A program made the position numbers and the translations under genes. From Gammaproteobacteria bacterium (GTDB lineage: Bacteria; Pseudomonadota; Gammaproteobacteria; Eutrophobiales; Eutrophobiaceae): a DNA stretch of 64,000 bases. The notes under the pieces were generated by a model that did not search any database, was not told the origin of the DNA, and saw only the letters and a program-made list of their open reading frames with translations. Positions 18,975 to 28,320 of this stretch are shown here, one piece after another (position 1 is the first letter of the stretch; every line of letters starts with the position of its first letter). The DNA lies in NCBI GenBank assembly GCA_965116495.1, contig OZ220696.1:1280001-1344000 (forward strand), given 5' to 3'.

Positions 18975-20345
18975 ATGACTAACAACAGGATTGTCCGCGT
19001 AGCCAACGCCCAGGGCTTCTGGGGAGACAGCTTGCTGGGTCCGATCCGCCTGGTGGAAGAAGGCCCGGTTGACTATCTCACCTTCGACTACCTGGCCGAG
19101 ATCACTATGAGCATCATGCAAAAGCAAAAGATGCGCAAACCTGAAACCGGTTACGCCCTGGACTTCATCCTCATGCTCCAGAAAATTCTGCCCGCCTGTA
19201 AGGAAAAAGGCATCAAAATCATAGCAAACGCCGGCGGTGTCAACCCGAAGGCCTGTCTGGCAGCCAGCAAAAAGGTTTTTGAAGACCTGGGCATTACAGG
19301 CATGAAAATAGCGATAGTTGAAGGCGATGACATTATGGATCGCCTTGATGAGATTACGGCCGGCAATGAGAATCTGCAGAACATGGAAACTGGCGAGGAT
19401 ATCTCGACCATCCGTGACAAAATCACCAGCGCCAACGTCTACATCGGTGCCGGACCGATTGTTGAAGCACTGCAGGCCGGTGCGGATATTGTGATTACCG
19501 GTCGCGCCAGTGACCCCTCCGTGGTGGTGGCCCCCCTGGTATACGAATTCGGCTGGTCCATGGAAGATTACGATAAAATTGCCTCTGCCACGGTCATGGG
19601 TCACATTGTCGAGTGTGGACCTCAATGTACCGGCGGTAATTACGCGGGCTGGCGTCAGGTTAAAGACTTTGCCCGCATCGGTTATCCTGTCGCCGAAGCC
19701 AGTGCGGACGGCAGCTTCGTGATTACCAAGCATGACAACACCGGTGGCCTTGTAACTGTGGAAACCGTCACCTCGCAGATACTCTACGAACTGGGTGATC
19801 CAAAAAATTATCTGGGGCCTGACTGTGTTGCCGATTTCACCACGATCAATATCAGCCAGCAGGGTGAAAACCGTGTTGCCTTCTCCGGTATCAGGGGCGG
19901 TCCGGCCACACCAACCTACAAGGTGTCTGTTTCTTACTCCAAAGGTTACAAAATCCTCGGCACCCTTTGCATTGCGGGACCCGATGCAGTGGAAAAAGCC
20001 AATATCATTGCCGATATGATATTCCAGCGTATGGAAATGTACGGCTATTGCATTCCCGAGGAGGATCGCTTCGTCGAATTGTTTGGCACGAACGTATTAT
20101 ATAAAGGAATGGTTGAAAACAATGACCAGCCTCTTGAGCTGTTGTTACGTATTGGCGCAAAAGGCGATGACCCCAAGGCGCTCAATACGCTGGGTACGGA
20201 AATCGCACCGGCTGTCATATCTGGTCCTCCCGGTGTGACCGGCATAGCGGCCGGCCGTTCCAGGGCCACCGAAGTGATAGGGTACTGGCCGGCATTGATC
20301 GACAAGTCCCTCATCAATACCAGCTTTGTAGTTGAGGAAGTTTAA
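18975..20345 (+). CDS. atuA: Acyclic terpene utilization AtuA family protein (DUF1446), N-terminal part
   Basis: GFWGDS, DYLAEITM, NAGGVNP, ANVYIGA, GHIVECG..TGGN. Confidence 0.88.
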   Translation: MTNNRIVRVANAQGFWGDSLLGPIRLVEEGPVDYLTFDYLAEITMSIMQKQKMRKPETGYALDFILMLQKILPACKEKGIKIIANAGGVNPKACLAASKKVFEDLGITGMKIAIVEGDDIMDRLDEITAGNENLQNMETGEDISTIRDKITSANVYIGAGPIVEALQAGADIVITGRASDPSVVVAPLVYEFGWSMEDYDKIASATVMGHIVECGPQCTGGNYAGWRQVKDFARIGYPVAEASADGSFVITKHDNTGGLVTVETVTSQILYELGDPKNYLGPDCVADFTTINISQQGENRVAFSGIRGGPATPTYKVSVSYSKGYKILGTLCIAGPDAVEKANIIADMIFQRMEMYGYCIPEEDRFVELFGTNVLYKGMVENNDQPLELLLRIGAKGDDPKALNTLGTEIAPAVISGPPGVTGIAAGRSRATEVIGYWPALIDKSLINTSFVVEEV

Positions 20346-20346
20346 G

Positions 20347-20679
20347 ATGGCAAAAATACAACTGTTTGAAATCGCCGTTGCCCGTTCAGGTGACAAAGGT
20401 GACGCCAGTAATGTCGGCGTTATGGCAAAAACACCCGAACTTTACCAATTTCTGGAACAACAACTCACTGCCGCTGTAGTCAAGGATTTCTTCAGGGAAA
20501 TCTGTCATGGCGCTGTGACTCGCTACGAGCTTCCCAATCTTCAGTCGCTTAACTTTATCCTGGAAAATTCCCTGGGCGGCGGCGGCACGGAAACCCTGAT
20601 CACGGACGCCCAGGGCAAGGTGCACGGCCTGGGTTTACTGCACCTGGAACTGGAAGTGCCGGACGACCTCCTCAGTTAG
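20347..20679 (+). CDS. AtuA C-terminal ferredoxin-like domain as a separate protein
   Basis: ARSGDKGD.SNVGV, RYELPN, LGGGG, DAQGK. Confidence 0.85.
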   Translation: MAKIQLFEIAVARSGDKGDASNVGVMAKTPELYQFLEQQLTAAVVKDFFREICHGAVTRYELPNLQSLNFILENSLGGGGTETLITDAQGKVHGLGLLHLELEVPDDLLS

Positions 20680-20747
20680 GCAATTGATCTCTCCATCCAC
20701 ACCCATCAATTGCATCTGTGTTGGCGACTTGACAGGGGCCTGACAAG

Positions 20748-22052
20748 ATGGGCGGTAAACAGGGCGTAGCCGTCATTGGAGCAGGTATGGCAGGGTTGTC
20801 TGCCGCCTGGCATTTGCAGAACGCAGGATTTACAACAACCGTATTCGAAAAACATTCTGAGGTCGGCGGTAGGACCATTTCCATAAAAAAAGACGGCTAT
20901 ATCATGGATCCCGGCGCTATCACCCTGTCGCCTGCCTATAAAGAGACACTGCAACTCCTCCATGAAACTGGCGCCGGTGCAATGCGCGTTCATACCCAAC
21001 CGGTACTGGCAATCGCCAGAGACGAAATATTGCACTATATCGATCTGTCGAAAATTGTTTCATCCGGACTGAAGACAGGATTTTTATCGTTGGGAGCAAA
21101 GCTGAAACTTTTCAGAATACTGCCAACCTTGCTCCGCTACTGGTCAAAATGCGACTTCGAAGATATGGCACAGCTCGAGGTGTTGGATATAGAGAATTGT
21201 GAATCGTTCGCCATTCGGAAACTGGGCAAGGAAATACACGATTACCTGGTTGATCCTGTCATTCGCATGAATATGTTTAGTTCCACGAAAACGTCTTCCG
21301 CCGTTGATATCATCTGGCTGATGAAGATGTTCAGTGGTGCAGAGTTCGTGCAGATAAAAGGCGGGATGGGCGCCTTATCTGAAAACATTGCTGCTCAACT
21401 TGGCGACATTCGACTGAATGCCCCCGTTGAAAAAATTGAGATGATACATAACCAGGTCGTCCTGCAAATGGATGGTGAAGCCCACAAATTTGACGCCGCC
21501 GTCATCGCTATCCCCCCGGAACTGGCGCTGAATATCGCCCCATGGATGTCAGGCCGACAACGTAACTGGTTTGATAAGATAAAGGGCGTCCCCAGCTTGA
21601 CCGTCCATGTTGGCCTGAAGTCCCGGCCAGACTGTCCTGCATCCCTGGTAATGGTGCCCGGCATTGAAGCAAAAGACGTACTGGGCATTGTGCTTGAGCA
21701 TAACAAGTGTCCTGGTCGCGCACCTGAAGGCAAAGGCTTAATCGCTCTTCATATGACGGGAAAATGGGCTGAAACACAGCGGGATCTGGACGATTTGCAG
21801 GTGGCGCATAACGCACTTGATACCGTCAAGCCGTTTATGGGTGACCTTAAAGACCAGGTAGAGATGGTCAACCTACACAATTGGGAATACGTTGACCACG
21901 AGCGTTATGTCGGGGTGTACAAATCATTAAAAAAAGCCCGGCCTGAATTTATGGATGGGAGGGTGACTTTCGCCGGTGAATTCATTTCTGCCGGTATTGA
22001 AGGCGCGGTAATTTGCGGCAGGCGTTGTGCCGAGGCCCTGACGAGAGAATAG
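20748..22052 (+). CDS. FAD-dependent oxidoreductase (amine oxidase / protoporphyrinogen oxidase fold)
   Basis: VIGAGMAGLSAA, FEK..VGGR, FAGE...GIEGAV. Confidence 0.85.
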   Translation: MGGKQGVAVIGAGMAGLSAAWHLQNAGFTTTVFEKHSEVGGRTISIKKDGYIMDPGAITLSPAYKETLQLLHETGAGAMRVHTQPVLAIARDEILHYIDLSKIVSSGLKTGFLSLGAKLKLFRILPTLLRYWSKCDFEDMAQLEVLDIENCESFAIRKLGKEIHDYLVDPVIRMNMFSSTKTSSAVDIIWLMKMFSGAEFVQIKGGMGALSENIAAQLGDIRLNAPVEKIEMIHNQVVLQMDGEAHKFDAAVIAIPPELALNIAPWMSGRQRNWFDKIKGVPSLTVHVGLKSRPDCPASLVMVPGIEAKDVLGIVLEHNKCPGRAPEGKGLIALHMTGKWAETQRDLDDLQVAHNALDTVKPFMGDLKDQVEMVNLHNWEYVDHERYVGVYKSLKKARPEFMDGRVTFAGEFISAGIEGAVICGRRCAEALTRE

Positions 22053-22064
22053 GCAACACCCATT

Positions 22065-23522
22065 ATGGAAAAACGAATTATGCATTACCTGAATTCAGTG
22101 GCTGATATCTTGCAGCGGGTTGCTGCATCAGGAGAACTCACCGGGGAACACGCTGAGGACTTGATGATTGCCCGACGTTTGCTTGACATCCTGAAAATCG
22201 AGACAGAAATCGCGCCGGAGGCCGCTACCAGGTATTTCGATGCAGTCGGTCGCCTGCTATCGGAAGGCAATCTGATTTTGCATGAAGGTGTAGATCACAT
22301 CGTTGAGCAACTGAAAGACCTGAGCGGTAACCAAGACATGCAACAACTTGATACCTTTGTGACTTTGGTAGCAAAGCTGCAGTCGGAGTTGAACAAGGGT
22401 AGCACAACAAAGACAGACGCTGTGAAACATTCCCTGATAAACGCCGACACCGGCTACGCCAAAGCGCTATTTACTGCTGGATTGACGTTACCGCAGGATT
22501 CAGGAGAAATCAGCAACACTCGCGCCTCAAATCAGAAAAACTATGATGAAGGCGCCTTGCTAGCTTTCATCCTGGATCGGTTTCCGGATAACGAGGGAGT
22601 TGAAATAGAACACAGTGGGTTCATATCAGGCGGGCATTCCAAACTCACTCTGAGAATTGAACTATCGGATGTAACGACACTACCCCGGCGAATTATTCTA
22701 CGCAGTGATGCCAGCGGCAGGTTCAGTGGGGCCAGTGTGGTAGATGAATACCGCTTACAAACTATTCTTTTTGATAAAAATGTGAATGTCCCCAAACCCC
22801 TCGCACTGGAAGAGTCCGGAACAGTTTTTGGCACACCTTTCATGCTTTCAGAGAGTGTAACCGGGGAATCAATCGGCCACATGTTCAAAATGCCGGCACA
22901 AGAGTCTACGGCTCTTGCTGACGTTGCAAGCAACCTGGCAACTATACATAAAATAGCGCCCGGGGAATTTGGCGAGTCAATCGATAATGCCCGGGGGAAA
23001 ACCAGCGATAAAGTCCTGTTCTGGCTCGGTCTGGCTGAGCGGGATTTTCGGGCCACCGATGTGAAATCCGCCACGTTTGAACTTGCGCTCCACTGGCTGA
23101 GAAAAAATGCAGGCCTGAGTGATCTAGCGCCAAGGACACTGGTACATGGTGACTACGGACTTAACAATATCTTGATAAAAAACAGTCAGGTCATGGCGAT
23201 CCTGGACTGGGAGTTTGCTCATATCGGCAACCCCGCCTATGACCTGGGTTACTTCTACTTCATGGCGCAGGCGCTGGGCTCCTGGGCGTTATTCCTCGAA
23301 GCTTACGAAAACACTGGTGCACCGCTGCCGGATGAAGACCAGCTTAACTACAATATTCTCCTGGCGGCTACCCGGGTGGGAGTACAATGCTGCCAGGTGC
23401 ATAGCGCCTTTAACGCCGGCCTGGTGAGTAGCCCGGAGGCAGCCCGGGTTGTCTCACACCAATATGTCAATGAATCAATTTTACGAATTTCGGAATTGAT
23501 GGAACGGATACATCACTCCTGA
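22065..23522 (+). CDS. APH/ACAD10-like phosphotransferase with an N-terminal helical extension
   Basis: GGHSK, LVHGDYGLNNIL, ILDWEFAHIGNPAYDL. Confidence 0.85.
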   Translation: MEKRIMHYLNSVADILQRVAASGELTGEHAEDLMIARRLLDILKIETEIAPEAATRYFDAVGRLLSEGNLILHEGVDHIVEQLKDLSGNQDMQQLDTFVTLVAKLQSELNKGSTTKTDAVKHSLINADTGYAKALFTAGLTLPQDSGEISNTRASNQKNYDEGALLAFILDRFPDNEGVEIEHSGFISGGHSKLTLRIELSDVTTLPRRIILRSDASGRFSGASVVDEYRLQTILFDKNVNVPKPLALEESGTVFGTPFMLSESVTGESIGHMFKMPAQESTALADVASNLATIHKIAPGEFGESIDNARGKTSDKVLFWLGLAERDFRATDVKSATFELALHWLRKNAGLSDLAPRTLVHGDYGLNNILIKNSQVMAILDWEFAHIGNPAYDLGYFYFMAQALGSWALFLEAYENTGAPLPDEDQLNYNILLAATRVGVQCCQVHSAFNAGLVSSPEAARVVSHQYVNESILRISELMERIHHS

Positions 23523-23570
23523 TTACACAAACCACAAAGCAATACGGGCATTTTCAAGGAGCATACATCG

Positions 23571-24554
23571 ATGGTAACTACAAATGACGACATGCCTCAT
23601 CCAGTCCCGCCAAGCGCCTATCTGCGCTACAAGGAGAACTGGTTGTTTCTGATCTTTGATAAAGAGAACGATATCTTTGGCGCCATACACGTTGGTAGCG
23701 AACCTATATTTGAGCGCATAAGCTTTGCCTGCAATTTAAGTATCCAGGGCAAGCTGTTCAAGCACGGGAGACAGATTCCTTTCCCTGATGACTTCGCATT
23801 TTCCAGTGAACTGGGAGATGGGTATTTGACTGTCCGGTTCATCAAGGCCCACGAACAAATTGACCTTTCGCTGCAAAATGACGACCTTGTTCTGGAAGTC
23901 AGTTTTTTAAAACGTGGACCCTTGTTCAATTTTGATGATTATGATTCGGCGAACCCGGATAAAGTGCTATTGAAAGAAGTCATGGGCATTGCCACCAATC
24001 AACAACATGTGCACCAGCAACAGGGTATGCAGGTGCGCGGAAAACTCTCGTTAAACACCAATGGAGCGGCAACCCGGGATTTTGACATTGATGCGCCCGG
24101 TTATCGCGACCATTCTCGCAGCATTCGCTCGGACAACCTGGTGCTCAGGCATATATGGACCGGTTTGCATTTTCCAAAACATATTATTGGTGTCATGACG
24201 GTAACCAGCTCGCTTCGGCCCAATCTGCCGACCCTCTGTGGCTATGTATTTGATGAACGGCAGGGACTGCGGGCACTTGGAGATATAGAGTTTGAAGGAA
24301 AGGGAGAGGGACCGGATAATCAACCGGCGAATGTTGAATTTCGTTTAACAGACATCTACGGCGAAACTTTTTCGCTGTCTGCGGATTTGCAAAATCGTTT
24401 TGCCAGTGTACCCCTGCAATCAGAAAAGCCGGGGCCGACACCGTTTGTCTATGGCATCGTCGAAAATTTCGCCCCTTTGAAGTTGCATGATACGGGTGAA
24501 GAAGGTATCGGCCTGGTTGAGATCGGAAAGAGGGTGCCTAAAGACCAGATATGA
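23571..24554 (+). CDS. Uncharacterized beta-rich (lipocalin/hydrolase-like) protein
   Basis: Good RBS (AAGGAG); YKENW and GYRDHS motifs; last gene of the operon. Confidence 0.65.
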   Translation: MVTTNDDMPHPVPPSAYLRYKENWLFLIFDKENDIFGAIHVGSEPIFERISFACNLSIQGKLFKHGRQIPFPDDFAFSSELGDGYLTVRFIKAHEQIDLSLQNDDLVLEVSFLKRGPLFNFDDYDSANPDKVLLKEVMGIATNQQHVHQQQGMQVRGKLSLNTNGAATRDFDIDAPGYRDHSRSIRSDNLVLRHIWTGLHFPKHIIGVMTVTSSLRPNLPTLCGYVFDERQGLRALGDIEFEGKGEGPDNQPANVEFRLTDIYGETFSLSADLQNRFASVPLQSEKPGPTPFVYGIVENFAPLKLHDTGEEGIGLVEIGKRVPKDQI

Positions 24555-24631
24555 ATTCACCTGTCCGACATCCTGGTGAGAATTGAACATGCAACTCCCA
24601 TGATGTTTGCGGGTAACGAAGTGATAAGCGG

Positions 24632-24704
<73 letters not shown>

Positions 24705-24811
24705 ATTGGACTGCGTATTTTCTGTGATCCTGTCGATAACTTCAATAACTTTAGCCTTATCCTGCGCATTGTTCTATATTGTTCCAAGGCAACTTTTTCA
24801 GGAGATCGGCA

Positions 24812-25753
24812 TTGACCACCGGTTTTGTATTTGACGAGGTATTCCTGTCGCACCGGACCGGCGCCGGGCATCCGGAGTGCGCGGAACGCCTCAGCGCAAC
24901 TATGGATCACCTCACTACCCTGCCTTTGTACGACAAGCTGAATTTCCTCGATGCGTTGCCGGCGCAACAGGAATTCATCGAAACCAGCCATTCCGCCGCC
25001 TACCTGGCCCGGGCCCGGCACACCTGCGTCGGCGGGAGCGCCTTTCTTGACAGTATGGACACTGCGGTGGGCAAAGAATCCTTCGACATCGCCCTCAAGG
25101 CGGCTGGTGCGTCCATCGCGCTGGCGGATGGCGTGATCGACGGAGAAATCAGCAACGGCTTCGCGCTGGTGCGCCCGCCCGGGCACCATGCCGAGCGTGA
25201 GCAGGCCATGGGGTTCTGCATCCTTAATAACGTGGCCATCCTGGCGCGCTACCTGCAGGCGCGCCACGGCCTGGACAAGGTCATGATCCTGGACTGGGAC
25301 GTTCACCACGGCAACGGCACGCAGCATACGTTCGAGGAAGACCCGTCGGTGCTGTTTGTCAGCACCCACCAGTACCCCTTTTACCCCGGCACCGGCGCCT
25401 GGTCGGAGACGGGTATCGGCAAAGGCAGCGGCGCCACCGTGAACTGCCCGATGCCGGCGGGGAGCGGTGATGAAAATTATGAAGCCGCCTTCATGGAAAA
25501 GATCCTGCCGGCAATAGACGAATTCAAGCCGGAATTCGTCATCATCTCCGCCGGGTTCGACGCCCACCGGGACGACCCCCTGGGCGACGTCAACCTCAGT
25601 ACCGGGTTCTACGGCTGGATGACATCCAGGGTGATGGAAGTGGCGGACAAACACGCCGGGGGCCGCATCGTCTCGGTGCTGGAAGGAGGCTATAACCTGG
25701 CGATGCTGCCGCTCTGTATCGAGGAGCACCTGAAAGTGCTTTCAACGGTGTAA
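24812..25753 (+). CDS. Histone deacetylase family protein
   Basis: HPE, RPPGHHA, GFC, DWDVHHGNGTQ, SAGFDAH, LEGGY; TTG start after AGGAG. Confidence 0.93.
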   Translation: MTTGFVFDEVFLSHRTGAGHPECAERLSATMDHLTTLPLYDKLNFLDALPAQQEFIETSHSAAYLARARHTCVGGSAFLDSMDTAVGKESFDIALKAAGASIALADGVIDGEISNGFALVRPPGHHAEREQAMGFCILNNVAILARYLQARHGLDKVMILDWDVHHGNGTQHTFEEDPSVLFVSTHQYPFYPGTGAWSETGIGKGSGATVNCPMPAGSGDENYEAAFMEKILPAIDEFKPEFVIISAGFDAHRDDPLGDVNLSTGFYGWMTSRVMEVADKHAGGRIVSVLEGGYNLAMLPLCIEEHLKVLSTV

Positions 25754-25760
25754 AGTACGA

Positions 25761-25785
25761 GGGGACGGATTTAAAATCCGTCCCC
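25761..25785. repeat. GGGGAC-type palindromic REP/terminator hairpin
   Basis: GGGGACGGATTTAAAATCCGTCCCC between convergent genes; related copies at 35754-35777 and about 48880-48903. Confidence 0.65.
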
Positions 25786-25814
25786 ATATCTCCATTGCGT
25801 ACCCGGCGTCCCCT

Positions 25815-26861
25815 CTATAAGTTTACCGCCTGGGCGTAGTAACAGGTTCCGTTGCGTATCTCTTTTGTCAGTTTCCCCCGGTTGTGCAGGTATTCAAGGT
25901 GCGCCAGGGTTTCGCCGAAGGCCATGATACGGTTGAACTCGTCCAGCCGGCGGGTAAACAACCTGGGCGCCACGTCCCAGGCATTGCCGGGGGCTTCACA
26001 CAAGTCGTAGACCTTGTTTAATTGCCTGTCGTGGCTATGGTTGATCGCAGCGATGCGCTTGTATAGGCCGGTGAATATACGGCCGTGTGACGGCAACACC
26101 AGCGTGTCCTCCGGCAATTCCGCAAAGCGGGTCATGGAGGACAGGTAATCGTCCAGGGCGTCTTCATCGTCGTTGTTGACGTGCAGGCCCACGTTGCTGG
26201 TAATGGTCGGCAGCACCTGGTCGCCGGATATCAGTAGTTTCAGGGCCGGACAGTACAGCGCCAGGTGGTCTTCCGCATGGCCGCACACCACCATGGGCTG
26301 CCATTCATGCGCGCCTATGGGTATGGGCTGTTCGTGGTCGATATAAGTTACGGTTTCCGGCAATGCCGTGACCACTGTTCGATACAGCTGCCCGGTAGTA
26401 AACGACAGGTACTGATCCTGTTCCCGGATCCCGTGTAACCGGCAAAATGCATTAACGGATTCTTTCCAGTCAGCGGTCTTGCTGTCAAGCAGGAAGCGGG
26501 TCCTGACTGCCGTCATCTCGGTCATGGCCAGTTCCGCCTGGAATTTATCCCCCAGGTAGCCGGCCATACCGACGTGATCGGGATGGAAATGGGTAACTAT
26601 AATCCTGCCGACGGGCTTGTCCTGCACCAGTTCGGTTGCGATCTTATCCCAGGCATTGCGGGCTTCACCCCAGGAAATGCCCGTATCAACCAGCGTCCAG
26701 GAGTCACCGGCGTCCAGCAGCCAGAGGTTAATGTGATCCAGCTTTCCCGGCAACGGGACCCTCAACCAGAATATGCCCGGCCGGATTTCCAGGTGGCCGC
26801 CCGGTTCAGGCACGGCATCCAGGGGGTAATGAATTGAAAAATCAGTACTGCTCATGGACAA
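25815..26861 (-). CDS. MBL-fold metallo-hydrolase
   Basis: VDTG, THFHPDHVG, GHA, SGDQVLP, LPSHG. Confidence 0.9.
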   Translation of the reverse strand: MSMSSTDFSIHYPLDAVPEPGGHLEIRPGIFWLRVPLPGKLDHINLWLLDAGDSWTLVDTGISWGEARNAWDKIATELVQDKPVGRIIVTHFHPDHVGMAGYLGDKFQAELAMTEMTAVRTRFLLDSKTADWKESVNAFCRLHGIREQDQYLSFTTGQLYRTVVTALPETVTYIDHEQPIPIGAHEWQPMVVCGHAEDHLALYCPALKLLISGDQVLPTITSNVGLHVNNDDEDALDDYLSSMTRFAELPEDTLVLPSHGRIFTGLYKRIAAINHSHDRQLNKVYDLCEAPGNAWDVAPRLFTRRLDEFNRIMAFGETLAHLEYLHNRGKLTKEIRNGTCYYAQAVNL

Positions 26862-26904
26862 AATAAGGACAGTATAAGGATATATAGGGTTAGTGTAAGA
26901 ATAT

Positions 26905-27660
26905 TCAGAACTCGATCTCTATCTGCCAGTGCGGGGTGTGTGCGGCGCTGCCTTGCGTCAGGCCGACCAGCCAGATCAGGTTCAGTTCCACGGTGACGTC
27001 GCCGACCTTCACGTCGCGGTAAAACGCCGGTCCCAGCCGGTGGTCCTGTTCCGATAATACCGGCAGGTACTTGATTTCACCCGGCGCGCCGAAGGCCTCG
27101 AAGCCGATGGCGGTATCATCATCCAGGCTGTACTTTGTGCGCCAGATATACTCCAGTTCAGTGCTCTCGTCCGCGGCGCTGCCGAACTGCTGCTCAATGT
27201 TCACGTTCAGGATATGCTCGAAACGGCCCGAGACACGGCGGAACAGGAAGCGTCCTTCCAGGTTATGCGGTTCATCACCTTCGTCGTTCACCTCAATTTC
27301 CGTGTGGAACCCGAAATCCAGCCAGTACCTGCCTTCCCCGGTGAGTTGCAACGTGTTCTCCCAACCCAGGATGTCGTACTTGACCCCTTTCCCGGCAGGT
27401 TCTATGAAGCTGGCAGTGATGGACGTGGCCCAGAAATCATTCACCCCGTACTCGAGCTCGAATTCCTGGTGCTTGAAGCCGTGGTACTCGTCATCATCGT
27501 CGATGACCACGTTGCCGATAACCTCGAATTGCATGTCTCCCTTTTCCACGATTGGCGAATACACCTTCATGTCCGTGAGGTCGGCCCGGACGTAGACGGG
27601 CGATGCGACAGCAATCACGGCTACGGGAAGCAGGAGATTCCTTACAGGGGGAAACATCAT
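26905..27660 (-). CDS. Putative outer-membrane beta-barrel protein of unknown function
   Basis: Signal-peptide-like N-terminus, alternating beta pattern, C-terminal WQIEIEF; start set to ATG 27660. Confidence 0.6.
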   Translation of the reverse strand: MMFPPVRNLLLPVAVIAVASPVYVRADLTDMKVYSPIVEKGDMQFEVIGNVVIDDDDEYHGFKHQEFELEYGVNDFWATSITASFIEPAGKGVKYDILGWENTLQLTGEGRYWLDFGFHTEIEVNDEGDEPHNLEGRFLFRRVSGRFEHILNVNIEQQFGSAADESTELEYIWRTKYSLDDDTAIGFEAFGAPGEIKYLPVLSEQDHRLGPAFYRDVKVGDVTVELNLIWLVGLTQGSAAHTPHWQIEIEF

Positions 27661-27800
27661 GTTTAATCCTGGTGAAAAGTCCATACATGATAACGGGAAT
27701 ATATCCTGAAAGACAGGTAAACGAAAACAGCAACAGCTTCCGGACTGTGATAGACAAAATCCCAATAGCTTGAAAATGTTCTATACAGTATTATCTACTA

Positions 27801-28055
27801 ATGGGAAGGTTGGATAAGGCATTAAGGAAGATGAAGCGCAATCCTCGTGACTGGCGCATTGAAGAACTGGAATCTATTGCCCGGAGGCTGCATATGAAGA
27901 TATTTAAGGGCGTGGGCAGTCATGTAATATTCAAGCATGACGGTTCTTCGAGAGCATTGTCCATCCCTGCTGAGCGACCTGTAAAACCTGTATATATACG
28001 ACAGTTTCTGGACATTGTGAACGAGATTTTGGGGCAAGATGATGAGCAAAATTAG
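27801..28055 (+). CDS. hicA: HicA family toxin
   Basis: GSHVIFKH and KPVYIRQ motifs; paired with hicB. Confidence 0.85.
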   Translation: MGRLDKALRKMKRNPRDWRIEELESIARRLHMKIFKGVGSHVIFKHDGSSRALSIPAERPVKPVYIRQFLDIVNEILGQDDEQN

Positions 28056-28320
28056 ATTTGAAGATTATCCCCATGAAATACGACCCCTATCCCGGGAAGA
28101 AGGAGGCGGTTATCTAATTATCTTTCCAGACTTGCCGGGCTGTATGTCGGACGGTGATACGCCTGAAGAGGTGTTGGAAAACGGTAAGGACGCATTTCAA
28201 TGTTGGATAACTGCTGCTGAAATGGAAAAAGCGCCTATACCGAGACCTTCTTCCATACACACATCTGCCGGGCCTGACGTCCCGGATTCCACCTCCCCCC
28301 CTGTTCAGCAGGTCGCCTGA
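28039..28320 (+). CDS. hicB: HicB family antitoxin (short form)
   Basis: EEGGGYLIIFPDLPGCMSDGDTPEE. Confidence 0.88.
   Translation: MMSKIRFEDYPHEIRPLSREEGGGYLIIFPDLPGCMSDGDTPEEVLENGKDAFQCWITAAEMEKAPIPRPSSIHTSAGPDVPDSTSPPVQQVA

Noticed and set aside
18195-19733. Long antisense ORFs (also 24695-25729, 30189-31331, 32964-33983, 39711-40931, 3918-4793)
   Set aside because: They are shadows of well-supported genes on the opposite strand and show no recognizable motifs
20748-22052. hemY/hemG protoporphyrinogen oxidase
   Set aside because: Only the general fold motifs match, and the context is catabolic with no heme biosynthesis genes
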